Shown here: positions 15,953 to 25,700 of the stretch, piece by piece
Layout of the letters: each line of letters begins with the position of its first letter
Numbering within the stretch: the first letter of the stretch is position 1
Assembly: GCA_900319035.1 (NCBI GenBank)
Contig: ONMU01000004.1
Location: 29,531-93,530, forward strand
Source: an uncultured Bacteroidales bacterium
GTDB lineage: Bacteria; Bacteroidota; Bacteroidia; Bacteroidales; Paludibacteraceae
DNA length: 64,000 nucleotides
Direction of reading: 5' to 3'
The notes under the pieces: model-generated
What the model was told of the DNA's origin: nothing
Seen by the model: the letters and a program-made list of their open reading frames with translations, nothing else
Databases searched by the model: none
Translations under genes and position numbers: made by a program

Positions 15953-18900
15953 TTGAACAATCATTACTTGCGATTTGGATTCGCCGTTGGCATCAACCGC
16001 TTTGAGGACGAATACTCCGGCATGATCCGGTGCCTGCAGGTCGCAGTATCCTTGCGGCAGATGAACGGTGCTATAGAGTTGTCCGGAGACGGTGTAATAC
16101 CAAACGGTCACCGGTTGCTCCATATAGAGGCGCATCATCTGGCTCACATGCACGATAGACGGATACTCCGACTGCTGCTCGTGGTACTCGGGCTGAATAG
16201 GACAGCTCTTCATAGTAACACCATCACGACGAGTAAGCTCGACATAGTATTCTGCGTTGTTATCCAGCGGCTGGTAGAGATACGAGTGGTTCTCTCCGAG
16301 CAGCGGCTGATCGTTCTTATACCACTGGAAGGAAACGAACTCAAATCCTCCGTTGTATTTCGGGCTCAGGAGGGTCAGTACATCATTCCATTTCTGCTCC
16401 ACGATAGAGCTGCGGTAACGGATGTCGAACTCACGAGCTTGCGAATAGACACCGCAGCAGAACTGATGGAAATAGAGCGAAGCCGTGTAATGACCCGGCA
16501 GGATATTTGCATCATAAGGGATCTCCACGGAAGAAACCTGCTCATAGATGACCGTATCGCGGAGTTCGGGTGTATTGAACTTAATGACGAGGCTGTCATA
16601 GACACCGGCTGCGATATCGAAGACGATGAACATCTGCTCTTCATCGGCACAGGTGTACGGAATCTGAGGTATATTTGCCTCCAAGAGCTGGTTAACGGTA
16701 AGGGTGAGATAGATAGCACTATCACATCCATTATCGTTCTTGAGCATGATCAGATAGTCATCCATCGGCTGGTTGTACTTGATACCATTGATGGTCACAT
16801 ACTGGTTAGAACAGATGGAGTCATGACGGTGGGTATCCTTAGGCGCCGGATAGACGGTGAGATAGAGCGTAGAGGTGGAGTCGCATCCCGCAAAATTGGG
16901 GAACGTACCCACATAGACGGTATCACGGTCAAACCACTGTCCGTCAAACTTAATCGGTGTCTCGGAACAGGTGGAGTAATGGAACTCGGTGGACTCAGGA
17001 ACGATATTCGGCACGACGATGGTATCCACGCGGGTACTATCACAGGAGTTTTCGGCTCCGATATACACCGTCATGGTGACCTCAACGGAGTCTCCCTGTT
17101 CGCGACAGGTATATGTCGGATTGGTAGTCGTGGTGGTACGCGTCTGACCGGTAGTGAGACTTCGGAAGGACCAGAAACTCTCGTTCACCGGCTCGGTGGT
17201 ATGGGTCTCCTCCCCTTCCCACTTATTCATGACATGCGAGGTATTGGTGAACTTGAGTTGGCTCATACAATCTCCGTAGACAGGCTCGTACGTATAATCC
17301 GGCACCGGGAAACGCGGTGCAGAAACGGTACTGATCTCGAAGAAGCACTCCGGCTCCTCGATGAAGCTTACCTTACAGGTAAAAGTATGCTGACCCGGGT
17401 CCACTTCGAAGACCTGATCATGACTACATACGGTACCGGTCTCATCGCGCCACTCGTACGCAAAGCCTTCCGGAGCAATACATGTCACTTGCGACTGCAT
17501 ACCACAGTTCTCAGTCTCTATATGTGCGTTCGCACAATCGACAGTAAAGTACGCGTATGCGTAGTGTCCAGACCAGCCGCAGTCCAAGGTAGTGAAACGA
17601 ACCTTGATATTCTGTCCATGGAAATCCATGAGGCTGACACCTACGGTGGTCCAGTCTTTCCAAGCGACTTGTCCGTCCCGCGTGATGTGCCAGTGCTCCG
17701 GATCGCTCTCCGCAGACGAATAGGTGAAGTCCGCTTTTCCGCACAAGTCATGAACCAATTCGCCGTTCGGCTTCAGAATCTCCAGTTTGAACGCAGGTTC
17801 ATCCTCTACGGGGTGTCCTTGCGGGTTCTCAAAGACGATGGCGTATTTACAGATCAGGATACCTTGCGTTGCGGTATCGACGAGTATATCATAGGTAATA
17901 GACTCCGCCTCTCCGAACCAGTTCCAGTTACCGAGACGGACAGAAGCGAGCGCACCATCGGGCACGGTCTTCAGAAGAGTATCCGTACGCGGGTCGTACT
18001 CCGTAGGATCGACATGAAGCGTATGGCGACTCTCGATAGCGTCCGGACCAAAATCGATGATACCGATGCTGTCGTAAGGCGTAGCGCCTGCGTGCGCATT
18101 CGGGTGATAACCATAGGTGCATTTCACATTAGGACTATAGAGATCGACATAGTTGATACAGTGGTTCTCAGGACAATAGACGAGAATCATCGACTCATAG
18201 ACATAGTTGGAGCGGAGGGTCTTGTTCTCCTCCGGATCGTAGAAAGCACTACGGATGCGGACATCGTAGCTGCCCTCCAATATACGCTTGAGGGTATAGG
18301 TGCAACGGGTACCATCCTCACGAACGAAGCCGTCCGGTCCTTCGGTAATACCGCTCACGCCATGCGTCCAGCCGGTCTCACCGACCCTACGATACTGGAT
18401 ATCAAACTCATTGGCTGCACCGGAGGTCTCCCAAGAGACGATGAGTGTCGAGTCCTCGCAATGCGGATAGACGATGAGGTTCTCCGGCTTCTTGATAGCC
18501 GCCGAGTTGATCTGGAAATTATCGATAGCGATACTGGTCAGGCCTAATGAATCCTGCTGGTTACTATTGACCCAGATGAAGATAAATGCAAAGTTCTTGG
18601 ACGAGTTAGCGGCATTGACACTCACTACATTCGTGAGCGACACATTCTGCCACGACTCGCTACCGCAAACGAATTTCTCGCCGGACTCGCCGAGCGCCTG
18701 ACAAGCACCTAACTGTGCGTTGGACAGACGTCCTCCCGGGGAGTTGATGATGGCATCGATATTGAAGTTTCCGGCAGCCGTCAGATCTTGCTCACGGCAG
18801 ACCATGACGTGCAGTTTGGAGGTAGTAGAGTCGCCCATACCTTTCCAATCAAAGCTGACATCGTATTTCTGGGTATTGGTAGCCGTCGGGAACTTATAGA

Positions 18901-19174
18901 GGAGATAGGAGACCACCACATTCGGTTTGCGGCCGAAGTTAGGGTTCTTGCCGTCCGAAGAGACGTAAAGCGAACGTTTGCCTTCGCTATGCACGGCAGT
19001 ACCTATCATCCAGAGGTCCTTCGTGGTCTTATTACCATAGTTGAAGGTCCATGCCGAGAGATCCTCCCCCTCCTCGAAACTACATTCGTAGGGGAAGGTG
19101 GTCACCGCCGGACTCTGCGCCCAAGAAAGGACACAGAACAGAAGGGCTATATGTAAGAAGAGCCATCTCTTCAT
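15950..19174 (-). CDS. Large secreted surface protein (1074 aa), paralogue of the 1100-aa protein
   Basis: Signal peptide MKRWLFLHIALLFCVLSWAQ. Fn3-like KKPENLIVYPHCEDSTLIVSWETSG. Shared core SRHTLHVDP and TVPDGALASVRLGNWNW. Repeats AGCDSTSTLYLTV and NGCDSAIYLTLTV, then KWNDVL..NGGFEFVSFQWYKND, and a beta-rich tail GVFVLKAVDANGESKSQVMIVQ. Confidence 0.85.
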   Translation of the reverse strand: MKRWLFLHIALLFCVLSWAQSPAVTTFPYECSFEEGEDLSAWTFNYGNKTTKDLWMIGTAVHSEGKRSLYVSSDGKNPNFGRKPNVVVSYLLYKFPTATNTQKYDVSFDWKGMGDSTTSKLHVMVCREQDLTAAGNFNIDAIINSPGGRLSNAQLGACQALGESGEKFVCGSESWQNVSLTNVVSVNAANSSKNFAFIFIWVNSNQQDSLGLTSIAIDNFQINSAAIKKPENLIVYPHCEDSTLIVSWETSGAANEFDIQYRRVGETGWTHGVSGITEGPDGFVREDGTRCTYTLKRILEGSYDVRIRSAFYDPEENKTLRSNYVYESMILVYCPENHCINYVDLYSPNVKCTYGYHPNAHAGATPYDSIGIIDFGPDAIESRHTLHVDPTEYDPRTDTLLKTVPDGALASVRLGNWNWFGEAESITYDILVDTATQGILICKYAIVFENPQGHPVEDEPAFKLEILKPNGELVHDLCGKADFTYSSAESDPEHWHITRDGQVAWKDWTTVGVSLMDFHGQNIKVRFTTLDCGWSGHYAYAYFTVDCANAHIETENCGMQSQVTCIAPEGFAYEWRDETGTVCSHDQVFEVDPGQHTFTCKVSFIEEPECFFEISTVSAPRFPVPDYTYEPVYGDCMSQLKFTNTSHVMNKWEGEETHTTEPVNESFWSFRSLTTGQTRTTTTTNPTYTCREQGDSVEVTMTVYIGAENSCDSTRVDTIVVPNIVPESTEFHYSTCSETPIKFDGQWFDRDTVYVGTFPNFAGCDSTSTLYLTVYPAPKDTHRHDSICSNQYVTINGIKYNQPMDDYLIMLKNDNGCDSAIYLTLTVNQLLEANIPQIPYTCADEEQMFIVFDIAAGVYDSLVIKFNTPELRDTVIYEQVSSVEIPYDANILPGHYTASLYFHQFCCGVYSQAREFDIRYRSSIVEQKWNDVLTLLSPKYNGGFEFVSFQWYKNDQPLLGENHSYLYQPLDNNAEYYVELTRRDGVTMKSCPIQPEYHEQQSEYPSIVHVSQMMRLYMEQPVTVWYYTVSGQLYSTVHLPQGYCDLQAPDHAGVFVLKAVDANGESKSQVMIVQ

Positions 19175-19175
19175 A

Positions 19176-19268
19176 ATGTACGATTTAAAGATGTACGATG
19201 TACGATTTATTTACGATTTTATTTATTTAAGATTGACAAATTTCAAATATCAAATTTCAAATACAAAT
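19176..19268. repeat. Heptamer word arrays (ATGTACG-type, then CAAATNT x4) between the OmpA-family gene and the 1074-aa gene
   Basis: atgtacg at 19176, 19191 and 19198. caaattt caaatat caaattt caaatac at 19237..19264, running into the OmpA-gene stop codon (19269..19271). Confidence 0.85.
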
Positions 19269-21509
19269 TTAATAAATTTGTTGTATATCTTCGTTGCCGA
19301 CGTCGGTGATGGTAAATTCTACACGACGGTTGAGCTGACGACCTTCTTCGGTATCGTTGTCGGCTACCGGTTCTTTCTCACCCTTACCTTCGGCGGTGAT
19401 ACGCTCAGCAGCTACACCACGTTTGATGAGGTCATTACGAACGGAGTTAGCACGACCTTCGGAGAGGATCTGGTTTGCCTCATCCGTACCGACTGCATCG
19501 GTATGACCTACCACATGGATCTTCACGCTCGGGTTATCCAAGAGGAAGTTCGCCAAATCCGACATCGACTGCTCGGACTGCGGGAGGATATAGGTCTTGT
19601 TGGTAGCGAAGAAGAGGTTCTCGATCTTGACCTTGATACCCTCTTTGATCGGTTGCATGAAGACATCAAGTGTGTCGTGTACGAAACGGAGGGTGTCATC
19701 CTTCGGCATATAACCGACAGCACTCATGTGCGCTACGTACGTACCTTCGGTGAGGGTGGTCTCGATGAAACCGTCATCCGCCGACTGAGCTGCATAGAGG
19801 ACAGCGGTGTCGTTGAGGGCGGTGATACGAGCTAACGCCTCGATCGGTTCGTTGGTCAGGACGTCATACACATTCATGCACAGCATCGGGATAACCGGTG
19901 CCGGGATACGCTGCAGCGGCAGACGGAGGGTATCGAAATCGAAGACCTCAACCTTCTTGAGGATGGTATCCGAAGGATAATAACCGTTCTTGGTAGCCGA
20001 GACGCGGTACTCACCCGGAGCAAAACGTCCTTGGAGCAGACCCTGACGGTTGGTGTTCTTCTGCAGTTTCTTGCCGGTCTCCATATTGATAATCTCGACT
20101 GCTACACCGCCAAGAGCTTTGTCAGAGCTGTCATCATACATATAGACTCCCATACGAGGTGTAGGAGCTTTCGGGTACTCTTGGGTAGCTTTCTGCTTAC
20201 GCGGCAGATCGAACCACACGGCTATCTTAGCGCCCACAAGGAAAGGATTGACTTTGGCATCCTTGGCAGCGGTGGTAGCATACGAAGCATTGACGGTATA
20301 ATCAAGCGGGCTGACACCGGCTTTATTGAGAGGCAGCTGCATCGGCAGATCCTGCGCACCGTCGGCAGCCTTGTAGCTGAGGGCATTGAGCACACCATAG
20401 TCCGCAAAGACGGAGAGACGCACACGTGCCTTGGAGTTGATCCATTGGTCGAAGTTAATACCGATCTCCGCCGTAGCAGCTACATTGAGTCCGAAGTTCA
20501 CGGAGTTAGCGGGACGATCGATCTTCTCATCGTTCACCAAGGTATGTTTGTACATATTGGTGAGCCCTGCAATGAGCTCGTCATCCTTGATGGTGGTAGT
20601 GAGATTGCCTTTCAGCGTCGAACGGCTGAAGAGTCCGTATCCCACTTTGACACCGGCCTGCCAGAAGAGCGGCACGTTTTTATGCTCCATACCGAAGAGG
20701 ATCGGCACCTGAGCAAAACCGCCGATGATCTTCTCGCTGACACCGGAGAAGTCATAGGTATAATGCATCGTGTTATAGGGCTTCATCTCGAAGGTACGAT
20801 AGATGTCGCCGTTGTCCGAACCGGAGAGGTTCTGGACGGTATTATAGAACGTGAACTCCACGCCGGTGGTGAAGATAAACTGCTTGTAGCGCAGTTGGTA
20901 ACCGAGACCGGCACCTCCGCCTACAAACCCTTTGTCCTTCAACTCAAAACCGAAGGCATTCGGCTGCGTCTGAGAAGCCGGTTGATAGGTGATACCGGAG
21001 GTGAAGAGTTTGCTATATCCGACGAGTCCCCAGAAACCGAGACGATGCGCGATGTCACGGTTGTTATAGGCATTGGCTTTCGCATTCGATTTATCGATAG
21101 CCGCTACAGTAGCCATATACTGCGCCTTCTCCTCGGCAGCGGTGAGAGCCGGTTGTGCGGGTTGCGCCTTAGCGGTCTTGGCAGGAGAAGCCTTAGCAGT
21201 AGCTTTGGACTGCTGCTGTTTAGCTTTCGCTTGCTGTCTCTTCTGCTGCTCTTTCTGTTTCTGCGCAGAAGCTTTGGCTTGCTCTTTCTTCCGTTGAGCA
21301 GCCGCTTTCTCACGCTCCTTGGCAGCTTTGGCTTTGGCTTTCTCGCGCTCTTTGGCTTTCTTTGCCTTCTCTTTCTCGCGCTGTGCTTTCGCTTTCGCTC
21401 GAGCATCCACTGCATAGACAGATGCTACCGAAGAGTCCAATACCGATACTGCGGGCGCAGCTACTGCCATGCCCAATGCCATCAAAAGTATGTAAGTGAT
21501 TCGTTTCAT
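19269..21509 (-). CDS. OmpA-family outer-membrane protein with an N-terminal K/A/E/Q-rich tract, a beta-barrel segment, two CarboxypepD_reg-like segments and a C-terminal OmpA domain
   Basis: OmpA_C motifs: NLFFATNKTYILPQS..HVVGHTDAVGTDEANQILSEGRANSV..LNRRVEFTI. Beta-sandwich-like GVAVEIINMETGKK..GEYRVSATKNGYYP. I use the start MKRITYILLMALGMAVAAPA (ATG 21509) instead of the track start 21536. This removes a 23-nt overlap with the upstream gene. Confidence 0.85.
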   Translation of the reverse strand: MKRITYILLMALGMAVAAPAVSVLDSSVASVYAVDARAKAKAQREKEKAKKAKEREKAKAKAAKEREKAAAQRKKEQAKASAQKQKEQQKRQQAKAKQQQSKATAKASPAKTAKAQPAQPALTAAEEKAQYMATVAAIDKSNAKANAYNNRDIAHRLGFWGLVGYSKLFTSGITYQPASQTQPNAFGFELKDKGFVGGGAGLGYQLRYKQFIFTTGVEFTFYNTVQNLSGSDNGDIYRTFEMKPYNTMHYTYDFSGVSEKIIGGFAQVPILFGMEHKNVPLFWQAGVKVGYGLFSRSTLKGNLTTTIKDDELIAGLTNMYKHTLVNDEKIDRPANSVNFGLNVAATAEIGINFDQWINSKARVRLSVFADYGVLNALSYKAADGAQDLPMQLPLNKAGVSPLDYTVNASYATTAAKDAKVNPFLVGAKIAVWFDLPRKQKATQEYPKAPTPRMGVYMYDDSSDKALGGVAVEIINMETGKKLQKNTNRQGLLQGRFAPGEYRVSATKNGYYPSDTILKKVEVFDFDTLRLPLQRIPAPVIPMLCMNVYDVLTNEPIEALARITALNDTAVLYAAQSADDGFIETTLTEGTYVAHMSAVGYMPKDDTLRFVHDTLDVFMQPIKEGIKVKIENLFFATNKTYILPQSEQSMSDLANFLLDNPSVKIHVVGHTDAVGTDEANQILSEGRANSVRNDLIKRGVAAERITAEGKGEKEPVADNDTEEGRQLNRRVEFTITDVGNEDIQQIY

Positions 21510-21513
21510 CGTT

Positions 21514-22473
21514 TTAATGGATTGCTTGTGTTCCACCTCGTTTGCGATAGTTACGCTCTACGCGGTGATAATCGTAAATATAGGATTTTGAATTCTGTTT
21601 CAACTCAAAGGCTACCGTAAACTTCACGCCCACATTGAGATTGCGGAAGACCGCACCGGAGGCGAGGTTACTGAGCATCAGCGGCTGTACGTAGAACTGC
21701 ACGCCCTCATCTGTCTCGCGATAACCGAAGGTACCTACGTCGGTCTTGGAAGCCGAATGGAGATTGAGCACTCCGAAATCGGCATAGAGCGCAACGTACA
21801 TACGGATCATATCGGGGTTGAGGCGGAACATCTGGTGCTTGTACATATGTCCGATACGGGCACCTATCTCAGCGTGCGCCAAGATATTGAAATTCCACTT
21901 CATTTTGATACTGCTACTGCTCATCTTCCGTCCGGACTCGAACTGGTGGTTCGGCATTTCGTAGAAATCATCGTAGTAGCGTTCGTACTCTCCGAAGGTG
22001 GTATATTCCGCTTTGGAGGAGGTAGAGCCGTACATATTGATCGACACCTTGGGACCCACGAGGAAATAGAACCGTTTCCATTCGCCACCAATGAGCAAAG
22101 GGATATTGAGGTTGACCATGTGGCTTCTATCGCGGGACTTATCCATCATCACATGCATCTGAAAGATATCGCCCTCGGTATCCATCATCGGGACGGTCAT
22201 ATCCACCGCCTTTAGGTTATTGGAGTTGAGCTCATACATACCCTCTGCACCAACGGATAGAATAAAATTATTACGGAAGAACCGATAGTCTATACCCATA
22301 TTGGCATTTACGCCTGTAGCGGCACGCTGTCCGGGTATGGTATGCAGCAGGGCGGAATAGCCCAAATCGCCGTGGAGCGCCACGAAATGGTGGGTCTCCG
22401 GCGTAAGCCTTGTGAACGCCCTAATCCCCGCGCTCATCAACATACAACATACTATGAATAGGTACCGTTTCAC
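21514..22473 (-). CDS. Outer-membrane beta-barrel protein (319 aa), first gene of the operon
   Basis: Signal peptide MKRYLFIVCCMLMSAGIRA. Alternating beta-strand pattern. Paralogous to 46456..47499 and to the central part of the OmpA-family protein (shared ..AEIGARxG.. and ..ADFGVLN/FDYGLLD.. strands). Confidence 0.75.
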   Translation of the reverse strand: MKRYLFIVCCMLMSAGIRAFTRLTPETHHFVALHGDLGYSALLHTIPGQRAATGVNANMGIDYRFFRNNFILSVGAEGMYELNSNNLKAVDMTVPMMDTEGDIFQMHVMMDKSRDRSHMVNLNIPLLIGGEWKRFYFLVGPKVSINMYGSTSSKAEYTTFGEYERYYDDFYEMPNHQFESGRKMSSSSIKMKWNFNILAHAEIGARIGHMYKHQMFRLNPDMIRMYVALYADFGVLNLHSASKTDVGTFGYRETDEGVQFYVQPLMLSNLASGAVFRNLNVGVKFTVAFELKQNSKSYIYDYHRVERNYRKRGGTQAIH

Positions 22474-22507
22474 AGACTATTTTTCTATAATAACAAAATT
22501 CGGGCGG

Positions 22508-22539
22508 CAAAGGTACAAAAAAAATCCCAATTACACAAA
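22508..22539 (-). promoter_or_regulatory. Consensus promoter (-7 TACCTTTG, -33 TTTG, 20-nt spacer) for the beta-barrel / OmpA / 1074 / 1100 operon
   Basis: Plus-strand caaaggta at 22508..22515 and caaa at 22536..22539. The box is 35 nt upstream of the ATG at 22473. Confidence 0.65.
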
Positions 22540-22633
22540 TTTTTGTTACTTTTTTGTTCATTTTTTTGCATTTTGTAATGTCTTTTGGACAAAACAGTAG
22601 AAAATAGACAAACAAAAGTGGGATTATAAGCAA

Positions 22634-22664
22634 CCAAAAAGAGCTACCCGAAGGCAGCTCTTTT
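22634..22664 (-). terminator. Rho-independent terminator of the 3121-aa gene (symmetric A/T flanks)
   Basis: aaaagagct-acccgaaggc-agctctttt. On the minus strand the stem is followed by UUUUUGG. It lies 41 nt after the stop at 22705. Confidence 0.7.
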
Positions 22665-22704
22665 GGATGCAATGCAGTCGATTTGGACTGAAGCAGAGAG
22701 TCGT

Positions 22705-25700
22705 TTATTTCAGCTCGACAGCCTGTCCGGTAACGTTATAAACCTTACCATTGAGCATGATATAAACGTGGTTATCGCGGATGAACTTGATCGCCTTGGT
22801 ATCCTTGCCTGCGTTCGCGCCCTCGATATCCGTCGGATAGTCCTTATGAACGATCGAGAGGTTGTCGATAGCAGCCGGTACACCGTCAGAGAAGCTATCA
22901 TCGTTGATCCAAACGAATACTACGCGATACAATCCGCTCTCAACAGGAACGACTACGGACTTGCGCTGCCAAGCCGATTGGCTTACCAGAGCGGCATTCT
23001 CGTCGATAGCGATCCATCCTGCAGGCAGGTTGGTTGCGGTCAGACCGAACGGTTGCTCACCCGGCGTCAGCACTACATCCGCAGGAACGAGAGCTGCACG
23101 CATGAAGTCGATAGCACCATCCTCTTCGTTGTACTCACCTACGCACTTCCAATCGTAGGAAACGGTATAGGTACCGCCCTGCTCGAAGTTGAAGAGCTTG
23201 GTAGCGAACGAAACGGAAGCAGCCTCATCGTTGTACTCATAGGTAGCACTATTATCAGAGATATAGATCTCACCGTCCGAGATGATCCATGCGTTCGCAT
23301 CGTTAGCCAGTTTCCATCCGGCAGCATCTGCGAAGGAAGTTGAGTACGGCAGGGACTCGATATTCTCAATCGTCGAGAAGGCGAGAGATACGAGTTTGCT
23401 ATTCTCATCACCGCAGTTATTGCGCAGATAGAAGACGTATGCGGTAGCCTCGCTGAGGTTATCCAGAACGAGCGGGTTAGCAGCCGGAGCAAACGCTGTC
23501 GGAGCCTCGTTAGAGGATGCGAGAACAACTGCGTATTCCCAGTTAGCGCCCTCTACTTCATCCCACGAGAAGGTAGCACCTGCGATCGTGATATCCGATA
23601 CCTCAAGGTGCATAGCCCACATACAAGACGGAGCTTGACCCGGAACGTAGTTGATGGTCATCTTCGGCAAGAAGTTACGTTGCGCCATGTTGTTACCCGT
23701 ACCGTAACCACCGATAGAAGCGCCGTTAGCAGTTACACCATACCAAGAAGATGTACTATAGTACGACGAGCCACCACTTGCAGCAGTCTGCTTGAAGCCG
23801 ATGAGCAGGTTATCACCCGTGTAATGGAACGGCTCGCTGAGCGATACCACCATCTTGTTATCCACGATAGAGAGGTTACCGGAAACCATGACTTGCGTCA
23901 GGCTGCTCCAGTCAACCAATGCACCGAGGGTAGCGTCCTCCGTAGTAGTCATATATACCTCAAACTCGGAAGCACCCCAGTTAGAAGTAGGTTGACTTGC
24001 GTAGAAGGTCAGCGTGGTGATCGAATCCCACATGATCTCTTGGAGCTCAGCAGCCGGAACGATGAACTGGCTTGCGGTAGTACCATTATCCACATACATT
24101 CCGTAAACAGGAACGTAGTCGTTGGTCTTCGTACCATCGTTTACGACGATCGAGTAGAGATTGGTCGGCTTGAAGGAGATCACAGCGCTGTAAGCACTCT
24201 CACCATCCAGGTCACCACAATCTGCTTTCACGCGAGCATAGTAGGTAGCCTCAGCGGTCAGACCGGTCAGGTTAGCTACCTGCGCGGTAACGTTCAGTAC
24301 GAGCGAATCAGACATGTTGCTGTTCAGACTGTACTCAACCTGCCATTCCTGTGCTTCGCTTGCGTTCCACGTGAGGGTTGCGATCGAGCCGTTACCAGCT
24401 GTCAACTGTGCTTCCAGACCAGTAGGAGCAGGACAAGCAATCGTTGTAGTGAACGATTGACGAGCAGTCCATACGCTTACACCGTCCGTCTCACCGCAGT
24501 TCGCACGTACGTATACATAATAGGTATGCGACGGCAGGAGGTTCGTCAGCGTGTACGGATTCTCCGTTACGTCAAGGAGCGCACTCAGCGTATCAGGGTT
24601 GAAGGCTGCGATGGTATCCAGAGCAATTTGCCAAGCAGCTGCATTGGACTCCCAAGACAGGGTTGCGTTGTGTGCCAATACATCCGATACCGTCAGAGCT
24701 TGCGGTTTCGCGCATGCCGGAATATGATCAATCAGTACATCGTCTACGTGCAGATAGTTATCAGCGTTCGATGTTGTGGATGCACCATAGAGGGCAATGC
24801 GGATCTTCTGATTAGCATATGCACTGAGGTTCAGGATTACCTCCTCGCCATACAATGCGATATTGTTGTAAACATATTCCGATCCAGCGTTATCCCACTG
24901 ACGGAGAACAGACCAAGTAGCACCATCATCGGTAGAGATCAGTACTGCGAACTTATCATCCACACCGGTCGTAGCGATGTCGGTGTAAGCCGTAGTGGAC
25001 TTCGACAGAGCCATCGTGAAGGACAGTTGTACGTTCTCATCGATCACTACATTCGGCAATACCGTCCAGTACTTATAGGTACTCCAGATATTTACAGAAA
25101 TGTGCTTGCTGTTGAAGATCTTATCGGTCTCCGAGCGGAAGGTCCAACCGGAAGTAGCCGGAGTCTTCAGTGAATCAGTACCTGCTAACACATCATCAAT
25201 CAGGACACCGCTGTAACGCAGCCACTCAGTCGGATAAGCCGTGAGCGCATCGAAGTTCTCAGCGTACGGTACACCGTAAACCGTCTTGAAGCTAATAGCA
25301 GGAGTCCACTCCTCGGTATTGCAAACGTTCTGAACCTGTACGTTATATACAGTACCTGCAGCCAGACCGTTGAGTGCATACGGGCTCTCTACGTTCTCAA
25401 CCGTTACGGTATCCGTACCGTGGCTGTAGCGCAGGTTGAAGCCTGTCTGACCATAGGTATTCCAGCTGATAGAAGCGGAACTGATAGTAATATCAGCAGC
25501 TGCGAGATTGTCCGGAGTCTGGCAAGCCTTTGCCGTACGGAAGGTAGTAGAAGCCCAGAGGCTTACACCGTCTTCATCACCGCAGTTCGCACGTACGTAT
25601 ACGGTATATAAGGTGTCGGTCGCCAGCTCAGCCAATGCATACGTATTTTCTGCTGCATCATACAGAGTAGCCTCAGCTAGGTCAAACTCAGGATCACACG

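Noticed and set aside
15953-18547. Very long antisense ORFs opposite the surface-protein and housekeeping genes. Examples: 864 aa at 15953..18547, 619 aa at 32346..34205, 529 aa at 20031..21620, 521 aa at 23608..25173, 473 aa at 30145..31566, 425 aa at 40023..41300 and 397 aa at 43586..44779.
   Set aside because: Each lies entirely antisense to an ORF with clear signal peptides and domain motifs. Their translations are R/I/V/D/H/T-rich low-information strings with no motifs. They lack promoters of the local consensus, and several use non-ATG starts. They are best explained as shadow ORFs caused by sense-strand codon usage that avoids TTA/CTA/TCA in frame. Their lengths are striking, but they are not evidence of coding.
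21073-21415. Small ORFs on both strands inside the K/A/E/Q-rich coding tract (21073..21297 plus strand, 21104..21415 minus strand).
   Set aside because: These are alternative-frame readings of low-complexity repetitive DNA inside the OmpA-family gene.
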